The notes below the pieces were generated by a model. That model saw only the letters and a list, made by a program, of their open reading frames with translations. It was not told the DNA's origin and did no database searches. A stretch of DNA of 42,085 bases from contig CM069169.1 of assembly GCA_035221665.1 (NCBI GenBank), forward strand, positions 9,693,916 through 9,736,000, given 5' to 3'. Positions 1-10,402 of the stretch are shown piece after piece. Source of the stretch: Okamejei kenojei (lineage: Eukaryota). The position numbers were made by a program, and so were the translations under genes. Every line of letters begins with the position of its first letter. The first letter of the stretch is position 1.

Positions 1-116
1 TATCACCACCAACAAAATGCTGCCCACTGTTCACCTCCTCTGAGGTCTGCAACAGAACTGTGACAACTCAAGTTCAAGTAGTGAAACATAGTCAAAGTTT
101 GGTTTATGACATGCAG

Positions 117-280
117 GGAGGCAGTATCGCAACGTTTAAGAATCAATTAGACACCGACATGGATAGGACAGGTTTGGAGGGATGGCAAGTGGGTCAAACA
201 CAGGCAGGTGGGACTAGTATAGATGGTTGGTGTGGGCAAGTTGGACCAAAGGTCCTGTTTCCACACTGTAAGACTATTCC
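117..280 (+). mobile_element. CR1/HER1-type LINE 3' end
   Basis: catggataggacaggtttggagggat...gggcaagttggaccaaaggtcctgtttccacactgta; same tail recurs at ~9955, 26050, 33365, 38120. Confidence 0.75.
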
Positions 281-393
281 TTAAGATAGATGAATGACAA
301 ATAAGATGAGCAGAGAAATGATTATGGAATTAACATCATTGTTATTCCACTCTGAGTTAATCCTGCTTTAGGCCATCTCCTGCAAGTTGTCCA

Positions 394-440
394 CAGTGAT
401 CCATGCGGATCCTGCTAGCTTGGATCCGCATGTATCACTG
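394..440. repeat. 47-bp inverted repeat
   Basis: cagtgatccatgcggatcc / ggatccgcatgtatcactg, 18/19 complementary, 9-nt loop. Confidence 0.85.
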
Positions 441-552
441 GCCCATGCTCATCTAACATTAAAATCTCTGTTGTTACAGTGCAGGGGATCTGATTCATGA
501 GCCACACCTTGATATCCAAAGCTGAGATTAGTGCTGACTCACTGAGACTGTA

Positions 553-683
553 GGAAAGGTTTCGGCCCGAAACATTGCCTATTTAAGTCTGAAAAAGGGT
601 TTCGGCCCGAAACGTTGCCTATTTCCTTCGCTCCATAGATGCTGCTGCACCCGCTGAGTTTCTCCGGCACTTTTGTCTACCTT
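553..683 (+). mobile_element. PLE terminal fragment (UUCG variant) with partial tandem hammerhead region
   Basis: ggtttcggcccgaaac occurs twice, followed by gcctatttccttcgctccatagatgctgc. Confidence 0.7.
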
Positions 684-952
684 AGACTTTACAGAGACAG
701 TGTGTAAACAGGCCCACCGGTGACCACCTCGTACACTAACACGCATACGAGGGACAATTTTACATTTTGATGAAATCAAACTAACCTATAAGTCATTGGA
801 AGTGTGTAAGGAAACCGGAGAACCCGCAGGAAACTCACGCGGTCACAGGGAGAGCGTACAAACCTCATACAGACAGCACCCGTAGTCAGGAACGAACCTG
901 GGTCTCTCGCGCTGTAAGGAAGCAACTCTGCCGCTGCGTCACCGTGCTGCCC
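684..952 (-). mobile_element. HE1/V-SINE-type tRNA-derived SINE
   Basis: Minus strand gggcagcacggtgacgcagcggcagag (A box)...ggttcgttcc (B-like); central domain shared with ten other copies. Confidence 0.8.
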
Positions 953-1044
953 TCGGTGCCGTGACTCAGAATCAGTATCTTAATTTTTGATGGTTTATTC
1001 AGTCTACTTTTCTCATATTTTGTACATTTTATTTAATTTTCTTC

Positions 1045-1400
1045 TCACCCCCCCCTCCCCCATCGGTAGTTTTATTCTCCATCTTTCCTTGATCATCGTT
1101 GCTGGCTTTGATTTGTCCTCTTGCATACCTTTGATTCATTTGTTCTTTGTATCTTTTCATATCTGCCCTTTCCCTCTCGCCCGACTCTCAGTCTAAAGAA
1201 GGGCCTTGACCCAAAACATCGCCTATTCCTTTTCTCCAGAGATGCTGCCTGACCCGCTGAGTTACTCAGTTTTTTTTCCTGTCTATCTTCTGGGTCCTTA
1301 ATTGTCTTCTTGTCTGAAGAAAAGTCCCAACCTAAACCATCACCTATCCTTTTCCAGATGCTGCCTGGCTTGCTGAGTTACTCCAGCACTTTTATGTCCA
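1045..1400 (+). mobile_element. Two adjacent PLE 3' fragments
   Basis: Degenerate ctgaagaaggg...gaccc..aaac motif plus ccagagatgctgcctgacccgctgagttactccag; second piece (1309-1400) flanked by tccttaattgtctt (1295-1308 / 1401-1414). Confidence 0.7.
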
Positions 1401-1929
1401 TCCTTAATTGTCTTTAGTGGGAGAGTGTAATTCAACAGTCATTAGAAATGATTTGAGGCTTTAGTCAAATTAATGTATGCAGCGAAGAAATACTCCATGT
1501 AATTAATTGATAACTTCAGCAAAAAACCATCAGTGATTTACGGTTTGCATTTTGTTAATACATTCCTCACATGGAAAATGCATTAGCTTATCCCTTTATA
1601 CTTCAAGAGCTATCAGGTTTCATTGACCTCGGGAGACACGACATTTAACCTTTCTCCATGCTGAGTAAATTATTTTCACCAAAGCGCCATTTGTATGACA
1701 GTTTTGTGCGGAGCAAAGGAAGTGTTAAATGGTTGAATGCAGACTACTTCTGAATTGTAGCTGAATTTGCAGCTGTATTATCTCGGTATTTGTACTGTGT
1801 TTTCACTGAAAAGCCTTGAGGCAAGGTCCCAAATATTTCAGAACATCAATGAGAAAGAGAAATAATGGCTTTACCTTGTAGTTTCGGAAGTCTGCGGAAA
1901 TAAATCCCATCATCTATTTACCAGTGATA

Positions 1930-2760
1930 GCCACAAACTGCTGGAGTAACTCAGCGGGGCAGGCAGCATCTCTGGAGAGAAGGAACGGGTGACGGTTTGG
2001 GTCGGGACCCTTCTTCAGACTCGAGGCAGGGGAAAGGGAAACGAGAGATATAGACGGTGATGTAGAGAGATAAAGAACAAGTGAATGAAAGATCTGCAAA
2101 AAAGTAACGATGATGAAGGAAACAGGCCATTGTTAGTGTTTGCTAGGTGAGAATGAGAAGTTGGTGCGATTTGGGTGGGGGAGGGATGGAGAGAGGGAGA
2201 GGTTCTGCAGGGGTTACTTGAAGTGAGAGAAATCAGTATTCATACCACTGGGTTGTAAGCTGCCCATGTGAAATATGAGCTGCTGTTCCTCCAATTAGCT
2301 TTTAGCCTCACTTTGGCAATGGAGGAGGCCTAGGACAAAAAGGTCAGTGTGGGAATGGGAAGGAGAATTAAAGTGTTTGGCAACCAGAGATCAGGTAGGT
2401 CCAGGCGGACTGCGCAAAGATGCTCAGCGAAACGATCGGCCAGTCTACGTTTGGTCTCGCCGATATACATGAGTCCAAATCTTGAACAACGGATACAGTA
2501 GATGAGGTTGGAGGAGGTGCAAGTGAACCTCTGCCTAAGTTGAAAGGACAGAGTTGAGGCAGGAGGTATAGGGACATGTGTTTGACCTCATGCGGTTGTA
2601 GGGGAAGACACCTGGGGAGCGGGTGGTTTGGGTGGGAAGGGATGAGTTAACCAGGGAGGTGCGGAAGGAGTGGTCTCTGTGGAAGGCGGAAAGGGTGGGG
2701 ATGGGAAGTTGTGAATAGTGACAGGATACCGATGGAGGTGGCAAAATGTCGGAGGATTAC
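1930..2760 (-). mobile_element. PLE (probably Neptune-type) 3' part with decayed GIY-YIG endonuclease and terminal region
   Basis: Minus frames give PGVFPYNRMRSNTCPYTS (Cys linker remnant), RQRFTCTSSNLIYCIRCSRFGLMYIGETKRRLADRFAEHL and EEQQLIFHMGSLQPSGMNTDFSHFK*. Confidence 0.9.
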
Positions 2761-3096
2761 TGAAAATACCATTTCCTTTCAACTTGACTGCCATTCTCCC
2801 AATGCATCTCCCGGCTACAAAGTTCCACACCTGTGCACCTTTAAAAATCTTTGGTTCTTATTTGCGCTATATTACTGAGAACAAGAAAATCAAGTCAAGA
2901 GTCTCGGTTACTACCTGCAGGACATTGATATTCTTAGTTGCTGCAGCTTAACAGACCAGCTAACACAATAATGCACAAGATCCAAGAACAGGTTTGCAAA
3001 CACATTAATAATACATTAATAACATGGTGATCAATATGACTGTCAATTAATAAAAGTAATATAAGGTAACCATAAAAAGTAATACAAGGCAGCTTT

Positions 3097-3348
3097 GTCA
3101 AAGCTGCCACAGCCAGACGTAAAAACAGCTTTTTTCCACGAGTAGTAGCTCTATTCAATAACCAAAAATCTGTAGCCTCCTTTTGCTCTGGTATTTTTTT
3201 ATTTAATTCACATGTTTAATCGATAATGTTTTATTATTAATGTTTTATTTGTCATTCTTAATTGTCATTATGTCGTGTTGTCACATTTGCGAGCGGAGCG
3301 CCATGGCAAATTCCTTGTATGTGAACACACTTGGCCAATAAACGTATT
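3097..3348 (+). mobile_element. Rex1/Babar-type LINE 3' end
   Basis: VKAATARRKNSFFPRVVALFN C-terminal motif, then tail caaattccttgtatgtg...ggccaataaac. Confidence 0.7.
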
Positions 3349-4403
3349 CGCTCATAATAGTGCAAAAACCGAAGTCCATAGAGGGGTTATCCATTGAATG
3401 TTCTTATCCTTTTCCACAGATTTGGGAGCACTTCATTAGCTAGGCGAGAATTGAAATCTTCTGAAAGCAAAGCTGTACATATTTACGGTGGTGGCTAATT
3501 CACAGATCATTTATGCGCAGCAGTGTTACACCAACAGAAACAACACTATTTTTAGATTGTGTTTCCACAAGGAAAAGGGTGCAGATACATGCATATTTGT
3601 GGGAAGTTTAAAAAAAAAAACCCTCCCTGTATAATTTTCAAAATATTTTTGAGGTTTCGGTCTGCTCTATCAAACCTAGACCTATTTCTGAACGCAAACA
3701 GTTCTATAATATTTCAGCACGTTTCGCAATTGTTGATCATTGCTCTTGCAGGCGCAAGACGCATGTGACCCCAATGACATTTTCTTTGCACATCACTTGG
3801 TCAGAGAAGCTGCAACCAAGTCCCGTAACCAAATTTTCTTGCAATAAAAAAAAAAGGAACACTGTTGTCTTTGCAACTAACACTCAAATCCCTGCAGATT
3901 TCCCACAGCTTTATTTGGAATCTCTCAAAATAGTTGTTGGTTTCTTTACATGGTTACATAACCGGTCCAAAAAAAATTAAAAGCAATGCTGAAGCTGGCC
4001 TTGCCTTTGATGTTCTGCATAGCGTGCATTGATGGAGTGGAAATTGAACTGCGTTATATAAGTCCCCTCCGACCTACAGTTAAACCCTTTTTAGTGGCTT
4101 TTCTTGCTACTTGTTTTTTTTTTCCTTTAAAAACCAACCTTCTCTTCCCCTCCCCATTCCTTCTTCACCTTGTTTTTTTTTCCTCTTGCCATCTTGACAA
4201 GGTTGAAGCAGGATTTGTTGATGATGCCAACTTGGGACAAGTGGTCATGCGTTTGGGCAAGACTTTAATCAGGTGCAAATACATGCAGGTTGCGATTGAA
4301 TCCCAGCCCAAAGGATGTTTTGCGTCGTGATTTGTATTATTAAATGCCGGATATTCATCTGCACAAGATGCCTGCAGCAAGTCGGTGCATGCGTCAGCAG
4401 CCT

Positions 4404-4490
4404 GTTAACTCTCTCCCTGCTCCCTGTTCCTCCCTCCCGCTCCTGATCTAGGAGAGGCCAAGGAGGGTGGGGAGCAGGGAGGGTGTTAAC
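4404..4490. repeat. Imperfect palindrome bounded by GTTAAC
   Basis: gttaactctctccctgctccc ... gggagcagggagggtgttaac (19/21 complementary); inner ctcct/aggag stem. Confidence 0.75.
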
Positions 4491-4551
4491 TCCAAGAGGC
4501 CTCTCTAATCGTACAATAATAAAATGAAGATTTTTTTTAAACAGTGTGAAT

Positions 4552-4802
4552 CACAGTATTCCCCACTCATCAGGCAAGGGGTACGAGAGTATGTAAATGC
4601 CTACCTCCAGATTTAGGGACAGTTTCTTCCCAGCTGTTGTCAGGCAACTGAACCATTCCACCAACAAATAGAGAACAGTTCCGAGTTGCCATCTACCTCA
4701 TTGGAGACCCTTGAACAATAGGACTTCACTGAACTTTATCTTGCACTAAACTTTATTCCCTTTATCCTGTACTTATACATAGTGGATGGCTCTATTGCAA
4801 TC
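4552..4802 (+). mobile_element. Rex1/Babar-type LINE 3' fragment
   Basis: Decayed SGKGY...TSRFRDSFFPAVVRQLN. Confidence 0.7.
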
Positions 4803-4944
4803 AGATTGGATTCCCCTCTGCCTTCAGAAGCAGAGGACAGGGTAAGATTCAATGCATAATTCAAATATAGACCGACAGACGTAATGATCTTTCCTGTAAC
4901 CTGATTGTCATTATTTGAAAAAAGATGCTGAATACTTTTCCTTA

Positions 4945-5140
4945 AAGTGCTGGAGTAACTCAGTGGGTCAGGCAGCATCCCTGGAGAACGTGGATGGGTG
5001 AAATTGCGGGTTAAGACAGAAGGGTCCCAATCCGTCACTACGTCACCATTTCCATGTTCTCCAGGGATACTACCTGGACCAGCTGAGTTACTCCAGCACT
5101 TTGATTTATTTTTTAAAGCGGCATGTGCAGTTCCTTGTTT
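4945..5140. mobile_element. PLE inverted terminal pair (older)
   Basis: aaagtgctggagtaactcag ... ctgagttactccagcacttt arms. Confidence 0.75.
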
Positions 5141-5486
5141 TTTACTTTTCTTTGTTGGTTTGCGTGTGCAATTAATTACATTTGGCCCCTGGTGATTTGC
5201 AGTTTGCCGCACCAGAAGATTAAAGATGCCATACTTCACAGAAGTGTGTCAGGGTTGACAGAACACGCATATAAAATCCCAAAAGCTGTGTACTTTAGCA
5301 GTTCGATTGTCTTGGCGTGTCGCTGGTACTTCAGATAATAATTGAGTGTAATTGAGATGTAACAAGTTATCTCTTTTGATTGCAACGTTTTAAGACTTGC
5401 TGGGATCTGAAAAAAAAGTTTTATTTGGATGCTGACCAACCAATACATGAAGTGTGTTCATCAGTGGAATTTATGTTTGTGCATAG

Positions 5487-5682
5487 AAGATAGACACAAA
5501 AAGCTGGAGTAACTCGGCGGATCAGGCAGCATCTCTGGAGAAAAGGATTAGGTGACATTTCGGGTTGACCCTTCTTCAGACTCTCCTTTTTCTCCAGAGA
5601 TGCTGCCTGACCTGCCGAGCTACTCCAGCTTTTTGTGTCTATGTTTGGTTTAAACCAGCAACTGCAGTTGCATCCTATACAC
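5487..5682. mobile_element. PLE inverted terminal pair
   Basis: atagacacaaaaagctggagta...cccttcttcagact...tactccagctttttgtgtctat. Confidence 0.8.
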
Positions 5683-5744
5683 TGTGTTCATGCAATGCGT
5701 GTATAGCAAAGAAACATTTGGCCACGTTGGAATCCATAACCTTC

Positions 5745-6050
5745 GGGCGATACGGTGGTGCAGTGGTAGACTTGCTGCCTTACAGCGCTTGCAGCCCCGG
5801 AGACACGGGGTCGATCCCGACTCCGGGCGCTTGTCTGTCCGAAGTTTATGCTTTCACCCCGTGACTGCGGTGGTGTTCTCCAAGATCTTTAGTTTCCTCC
5901 CACACTCCAAAGACGTACAGGTATATAGGTAAATTAGCTTGGTCTGAATGCAAATTGTACCTAGTGTGTGTCGGATAGTGTTAATGTGCGGGGGTCGCTG
6001 GTCAGTACGGACTCGGTGGGCCAAATGGCCGGTTTCCGCTGTGTATCTCT
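5745..6050 (+). mobile_element. HE1/V-SINE-type SINE, near full length
   Basis: tggtgcagtgg A box, gggtcgatcc B box, CR1-like tail ggccggtttccgctgtgtatctct. Confidence 0.85.
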
Positions 6051-6164
6051 TTGCCCTACACCATCTAACCTCTTGTTGTAAATCTGCAGTTAAATATTCT
6101 ATCATGTTCACCAATACATTGCCAGTACCCAGACCCCAGGTAGTGTAGCAAACATACCTCCAGA

Positions 6165-6362
6165 TGATAGACGCAAAGTGCTGGAGTAATCCAGCGGGAC
6201 AGGCAGCATCTCTGGAGAGAAGGAATGGGTGGCATTTTGGATCGAGACCCTTCCTCAGACTCGACCCAAAACGTCACCCATTCCTTCTCTCCAGAGATGC
6301 TGCCTGTCACTCCAGCATTTTATGTCTATCTTCGATGTAAACCAGCACCTGCTTCCTATGCG
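6165..6362. mobile_element. PLE inverted terminal pair
   Basis: aggcagcatctctggagagaaggaatgggtg / cacccattccttctctccagagatgctgcct. Confidence 0.8.
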
Positions 6363-6794
6363 TACCCCTTTATGATCTCTGTTTTATTGTGCATGCAGTT
6401 TTCTTCAGAGCTTCACTTTTAACCATGTGGGAAATGGAGTAAGCTGAAGAATTGATGGTGGTTGTAAAGAGGAGCAGTAAATTGCTGGTAACCATGGCAT
6501 AAAGCGGTTCCTCTGCTGTCAGGCCCATTGCTCACTGAGAAGGTCTTTGGCAATTAAAATATCCATGACATTGACTTTATGCCATGTAGCCTGTAAATGA
6601 TCCAGGCTCAGCCCCCGACACAGCACTCATAAGTGTTCTTTTTTTCCAGCCCGTAACAATATTTGCAAAACGATACCACTATCAATTTGCTGGCATTGTT
6701 CAATATCGTTCTCTGACAGTAAACGTTTGTAATGCGACCCTGAAAACATAGACAACTTTACGTCTCGGGAGCCATCTCTCAGTTAAAGCAAATG

Positions 6795-7025
6795 CATCTA
6801 TTTACCCCACACATCTCCTTGAAACCTTTCCCCACTCACCTTAATGTTATGCCTCTAGTCTTTGACATTGCCACCCTGGGGTGGGGGAATACTTCTGACT
6901 GTCTGCCCTATCTAACTTTACAAACTTCTACCAGGCCTCCCAACCTGCGAAGCTGCAGAGAAAACAATTCCAAGTTTGTCCAAGCTCTCTCTCCTTAGAG
7001 CTAATACCCACTAATCCAGGCGTAA
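6795..7025 (-). mobile_element. Old CR1 3' fragment
   Basis: Diverged similarity to the CR1 copies at 8665 and 9955. Confidence 0.5.
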
Positions 7026-7555
7026 ATGCATTCTGGTAAATGCTTTGCTTTGTACTGAAGGATTTCAGCTTGCGGCCTTTGAGAACACTTAAATTGTTTT
7101 CATGTCAGTCCTGAGCTAAGGAAGTTGGAGAGGTGGGGTCCTGTGCGGCTCTCAGCTGCCAACGATCGATCGGGCAGAATTGAAGAGGAATGTGTCTGTG
7201 ACTAATGATAACAAACATTCTGGTAAACGTGTATTCAGGAGTGGACATTGGTCTCAGATGTGACTTGACTTGCATTTTTCTGCGCTTGATCTGGTGATGC
7301 ATGGATCACTTGGAACATCTGACGACACATTCCTACACGGGAGTAGACAGACACAACACCTCATCCCTTCGTATCTATTCAAGCTCTGAACACCTCTTTT
7401 CAAGTAAACCAACGACCTGCACTTTTTCCAGTGATATAACATACAATATCATATCTGGAGTTTCTTCTACATTGGTAAGGTCCATCGCTCTGGGAACGCC
7501 ACAACATTAACTAAAACTGTGAGCCGAGGTTTCTGTTTAGCTGTTACTTTCATTC

Positions 7556-7854
7556 TTTAGACTTTGGAGATACAGCGCGGAATTGGGCACTTCTGCCCCC
7601 CGCGTCCTGTGCCAACCAGTGATCACCCCGTTCACTAGCACTATCCTACGTACTAGGAGCAGTTTTACCGAAGCCAATTAGCCTACAAACCTGTACGTCA
7701 TTGCAGTGTGGGAGGAAACCGGAGCACCCGGAGCAAACCCACGCAGTCACAGGGAGAACTCACAAACTCCATACAGACAGCACCCGTGGTCAGGATCGAA
7801 CCCGGGTCTCTGGCGCTGTAAGGCAGCAGCTCCATCGCTGCGCCACCGTGCCGC
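7556..7854 (-). mobile_element. HE1/V-SINE-type SINE
   Basis: Minus strand gcggcacggtggcgcagcga...gggttcgatcc (A/B boxes) and full tail. Confidence 0.85.
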
Positions 7855-8269
7855 ACAGTTCTGTCCTGTTTCATTTTCACTTGCCTTCTGTGCTGGCTCA
7901 ATGATGTTCAGTGTGAATATGAATACTTCCCCTTTCACTTAACACATCAATTTGTAGAATCAAGTTTAAATGTAGCATTTTCACTTTTTATAGCTCCCCG
8001 TGGCATTTCAGTTTCTGTATTTGTCCCTGAACAATCTTTTTCCAACTTGCAACCTTTTTTTTTTCCCCCTTTATTTGTATCCTCCTTTCATTCTGGCTCA
8101 TCTCCTATTTGTTTCTTTCTCCCCATCCTCGTTCCCTGTATTTTAAATTTCATATTTCTGATGAAAATATATGTGCCTGAATCGTTAACATGCTCTGTAC
8201 AAATAGTTTAATAAGGTAGAATTTCCTTCTTTTTAATTTCATATTTACACCCCATCTGAAATATTTCTC

Positions 8270-8395
8270 AAGGTTTTTTAAGACCATTGAAGGAGAGGAG
8301 GGTTGAGAGGGAAAGATATATCAGCCATGAATGAATGATGGAGTAGACTTGATGGGCCGAAGGGCCTAATTCTGCTCCAAGGACATAAGAATTTA
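8270..8395 (+). mobile_element. CR1 3' tail
   Basis: agacttgatgggccgaagggcctaattctgctcc. Confidence 0.65.
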
Positions 8396-8403
8396 TGAAG
8401 ATA

Positions 8404-8655
8404 TTGACACTGGGTGAGGGCAGAAATGTATTACTCATCCTTGCCCCCCAGAAGGAGCGATGAGCTGTCACCTTTAACCATTGCGGTCCTGATGAAAGTA
8501 CTCTTTGTGTCTTTGAGTTGGAATCACCCAGGTTTACACCCAGTGATGGTGAAGGACCAGTGTGTAACTTGGAGGTGGACCGTCGAGTGTTTCCATGTGC
8601 CTGTTCCCTTTGCACTTGTTGATAGAGGCTGCTCCCAGTGGAGAAGTGCGTTGGG
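8404..8655 (-). mobile_element. Highly diverged elasmobranch CR1-like 3' region
   Basis: Weak recalled similarity to shark CR1 3' UTRs; related short piece at ~33310-33350. Confidence 0.4.
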
Positions 8656-8664
8656 ATAGCATTC

Positions 8665-9168
8665 AATACATATAAAATATGTGCGGGAGTAGGCCATTCA
8701 GCCCTTCGAGCCAGCACCGCCATTCAACATGATCATGGCTGATTATCCTAAATCAGTACCACGTGCCGGCTTTCTCCCCATAACCCTTGATTCCGGTGGC
8801 CTTAAGAGCTATATCTAACTCTCTCATGAAAACATCCAGTGAATTAGCCTCCGCTGCCTTCTGTGGTAGAGAATTCCACAGATTTACAACTCTCTTGGTG
8901 AAAAAGCTTTTCCTCATCTCAGTCCTAAATGCCCTACCCCTTATTCTTAAACTGTGATCCCTGGTTCTGGACTTCCCCCATCTTCAGGAACATGTTTCCT
9001 GCATCTTGCTTATCCAATCCCTTAAGAATTGTATGTGTTCCTATAAGATCCCATCTCATCCTTCTAAATTCCAATGAAAATAAGCCCAGTCTTTCATCAT
9101 TTGTCAATATCGCCTTCCCGGGAATTAACCTGGTGAACCTACACTGCACTCCCTCTATAGCAAGAATA
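8665..9168 (-). mobile_element. CR1 LINE, ORF2 C-terminus + 3' UTR
   Basis: LAIEGVQCRFTRLIPG...LGLFSLEFRRMRWDLIGTHTILKGLDK. Confidence 0.9.
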
Positions 9169-9461
9169 TTAGTGAGCAACTGCACTTCATTTGGATGGTG
9201 CTTGCGGTGAAGAGAATGAACAGATTGAATGGTGGAGCGGGTGCCAATAAAATGGTCTGTTTTTTTTACCTTGGACATTGTTGGTAGCCTATTGCTTCGA
9301 TTCGTGGTTTGTGCCTTAAATCAAGAATTACTTTGTGTTTGGGAATAATTTGCTTGGTTCCTTTAAATTTTAAGTGAGCTTTTTCATTATTGCACTGGCT
9401 CAGCTTAAAATTGGCTGGAGTGTAGCCTGTAACACAAGTAGGCCTGCTGTAGTGCGTGAGT

Positions 9462-9521
9462 ACATAATGCAAATAGGTTATAATGTGGTTGATGGATTAG
9501 GGCACACTATTTGCATTATGT
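9462..9521. repeat. 15-bp perfect inverted repeat with an octamer (ATGCAAAT) in each arm
   Basis: acataatgcaaatag (9462-9476) / ctatttgcattatgt (9507-9521). Confidence 0.85.
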
Positions 9522-9547
9522 GGGCCTCATTGCTTATAGCATGAGCG

Positions 9548-9685
9548 CTTCTTCTTGCGTATGGCGTGCACAGCCTAAAGTTGTAGGACAACTTGTTCTA
9601 TTTGATCTTACTTGTTTGTGCACGCCAGGTTGATTGCATTCGTCGAAACAGGGCGGACCACGTGAAGGTTACAATCTTCCACCCC
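9548..9685 (-). mobile_element. Short non-autonomous retroelement with 5' HDV-like ribozyme, structured 3' half and (GAA)n tail
   Basis: TSD agcatgagc (9538-9546 / 9687-9695); minus strand starts GGGGUGG and ends ...gcaagaagaag; second copy at 33682-33804. Confidence 0.85.
9632..9685 (-). ncRNA. Minimal HDV-like self-cleaving ribozyme (54 nt, predicted)
   Basis: GGGGUGG(P1) AA GAUUGUA(P2) ACC(P3) UUCACGU(L3) GGU(P3') CCGCCCU(P1') GU UUCG A CGAA(J4/2) UGCAAUC(P2'); G1.U wobble, C22-G38 P1.1, catalytic C position all present. Confidence 0.85.
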
Positions 9686-9739
9686 AAGCATGAGCACGGT
9701 TGGGGAAAACTTGTTTAACTCTGTGCTGTGAAGGCATGT

Positions 9740-10402
9740 TTTAGTTCAGTGCAGAGATACAGCATGGAAACAAGCCCGACCCTCGAGTCCACACGGACCA
9801 TTAATCAACCATTCAAACTAGTTTTACATTTTCTCACTTTCTCATCCACTCCCTACACACTAGGGTCAATTTCAGAGGCCACTTAACCTACAAACCTGCA
9901 CGTCTTTGGGACGTGGGAGGAAACCAGAGCACCCGGAGGAAATCTGTGCAGTCATTGTCATACAGCGTAGAACCAGGCACTTCAGCCCAACTTGCCCTCA
10001 CTGACCAACATGTCCCATCTAAACTAGTGCCACCTGCCTGCATTTGGTCCATATTCCTCTAAACCTATCTTATTCACGTACCTATTTAAATGCTTCTTAA
10101 ACATTGCGTTAGTACCTGCCTCAACTACATCCTCCAGCAGCTCGTTCCATACACCCACCACCCTTTGTGCAAAAAAAAGTTAACCCTTGGGTTTCTATTA
10201 AATCTTTCCCCCCTCACCTTAAACCTTATTCCTCTGGTTCTAGATTCCCTTGCTCTGTTCAAGAGAGTCTGTGCATTTACCCGATCTGTTCCTCTCGCAA
10301 TTCTGTACACAAAGTCACAGGGAGAACGTGCAAACTCCACACAGACAGCCCCTGAGGTCAAGATGGTACCTGGGTGAAACAATTGCGCTAGCAGCTGCCC
10401 CA
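9740..10402 (-). mobile_element. SINE split by a CR1 3' end (CR1 ~9955-10310)
   Basis: SINE stops at gtgcagtca and resumes at agtcacagggagaacg; insert encodes ESRTRGIRFKVRGERFNRNPR. Confidence 0.75.

Noticed and set aside
4201-4245. GFVDDANLGQ resembling the end of furin's first coding exon (GFLNLGQ)
   Set aside because: No NTWAV motif upstream and a poor donor (gtggtc); probably coincidence.
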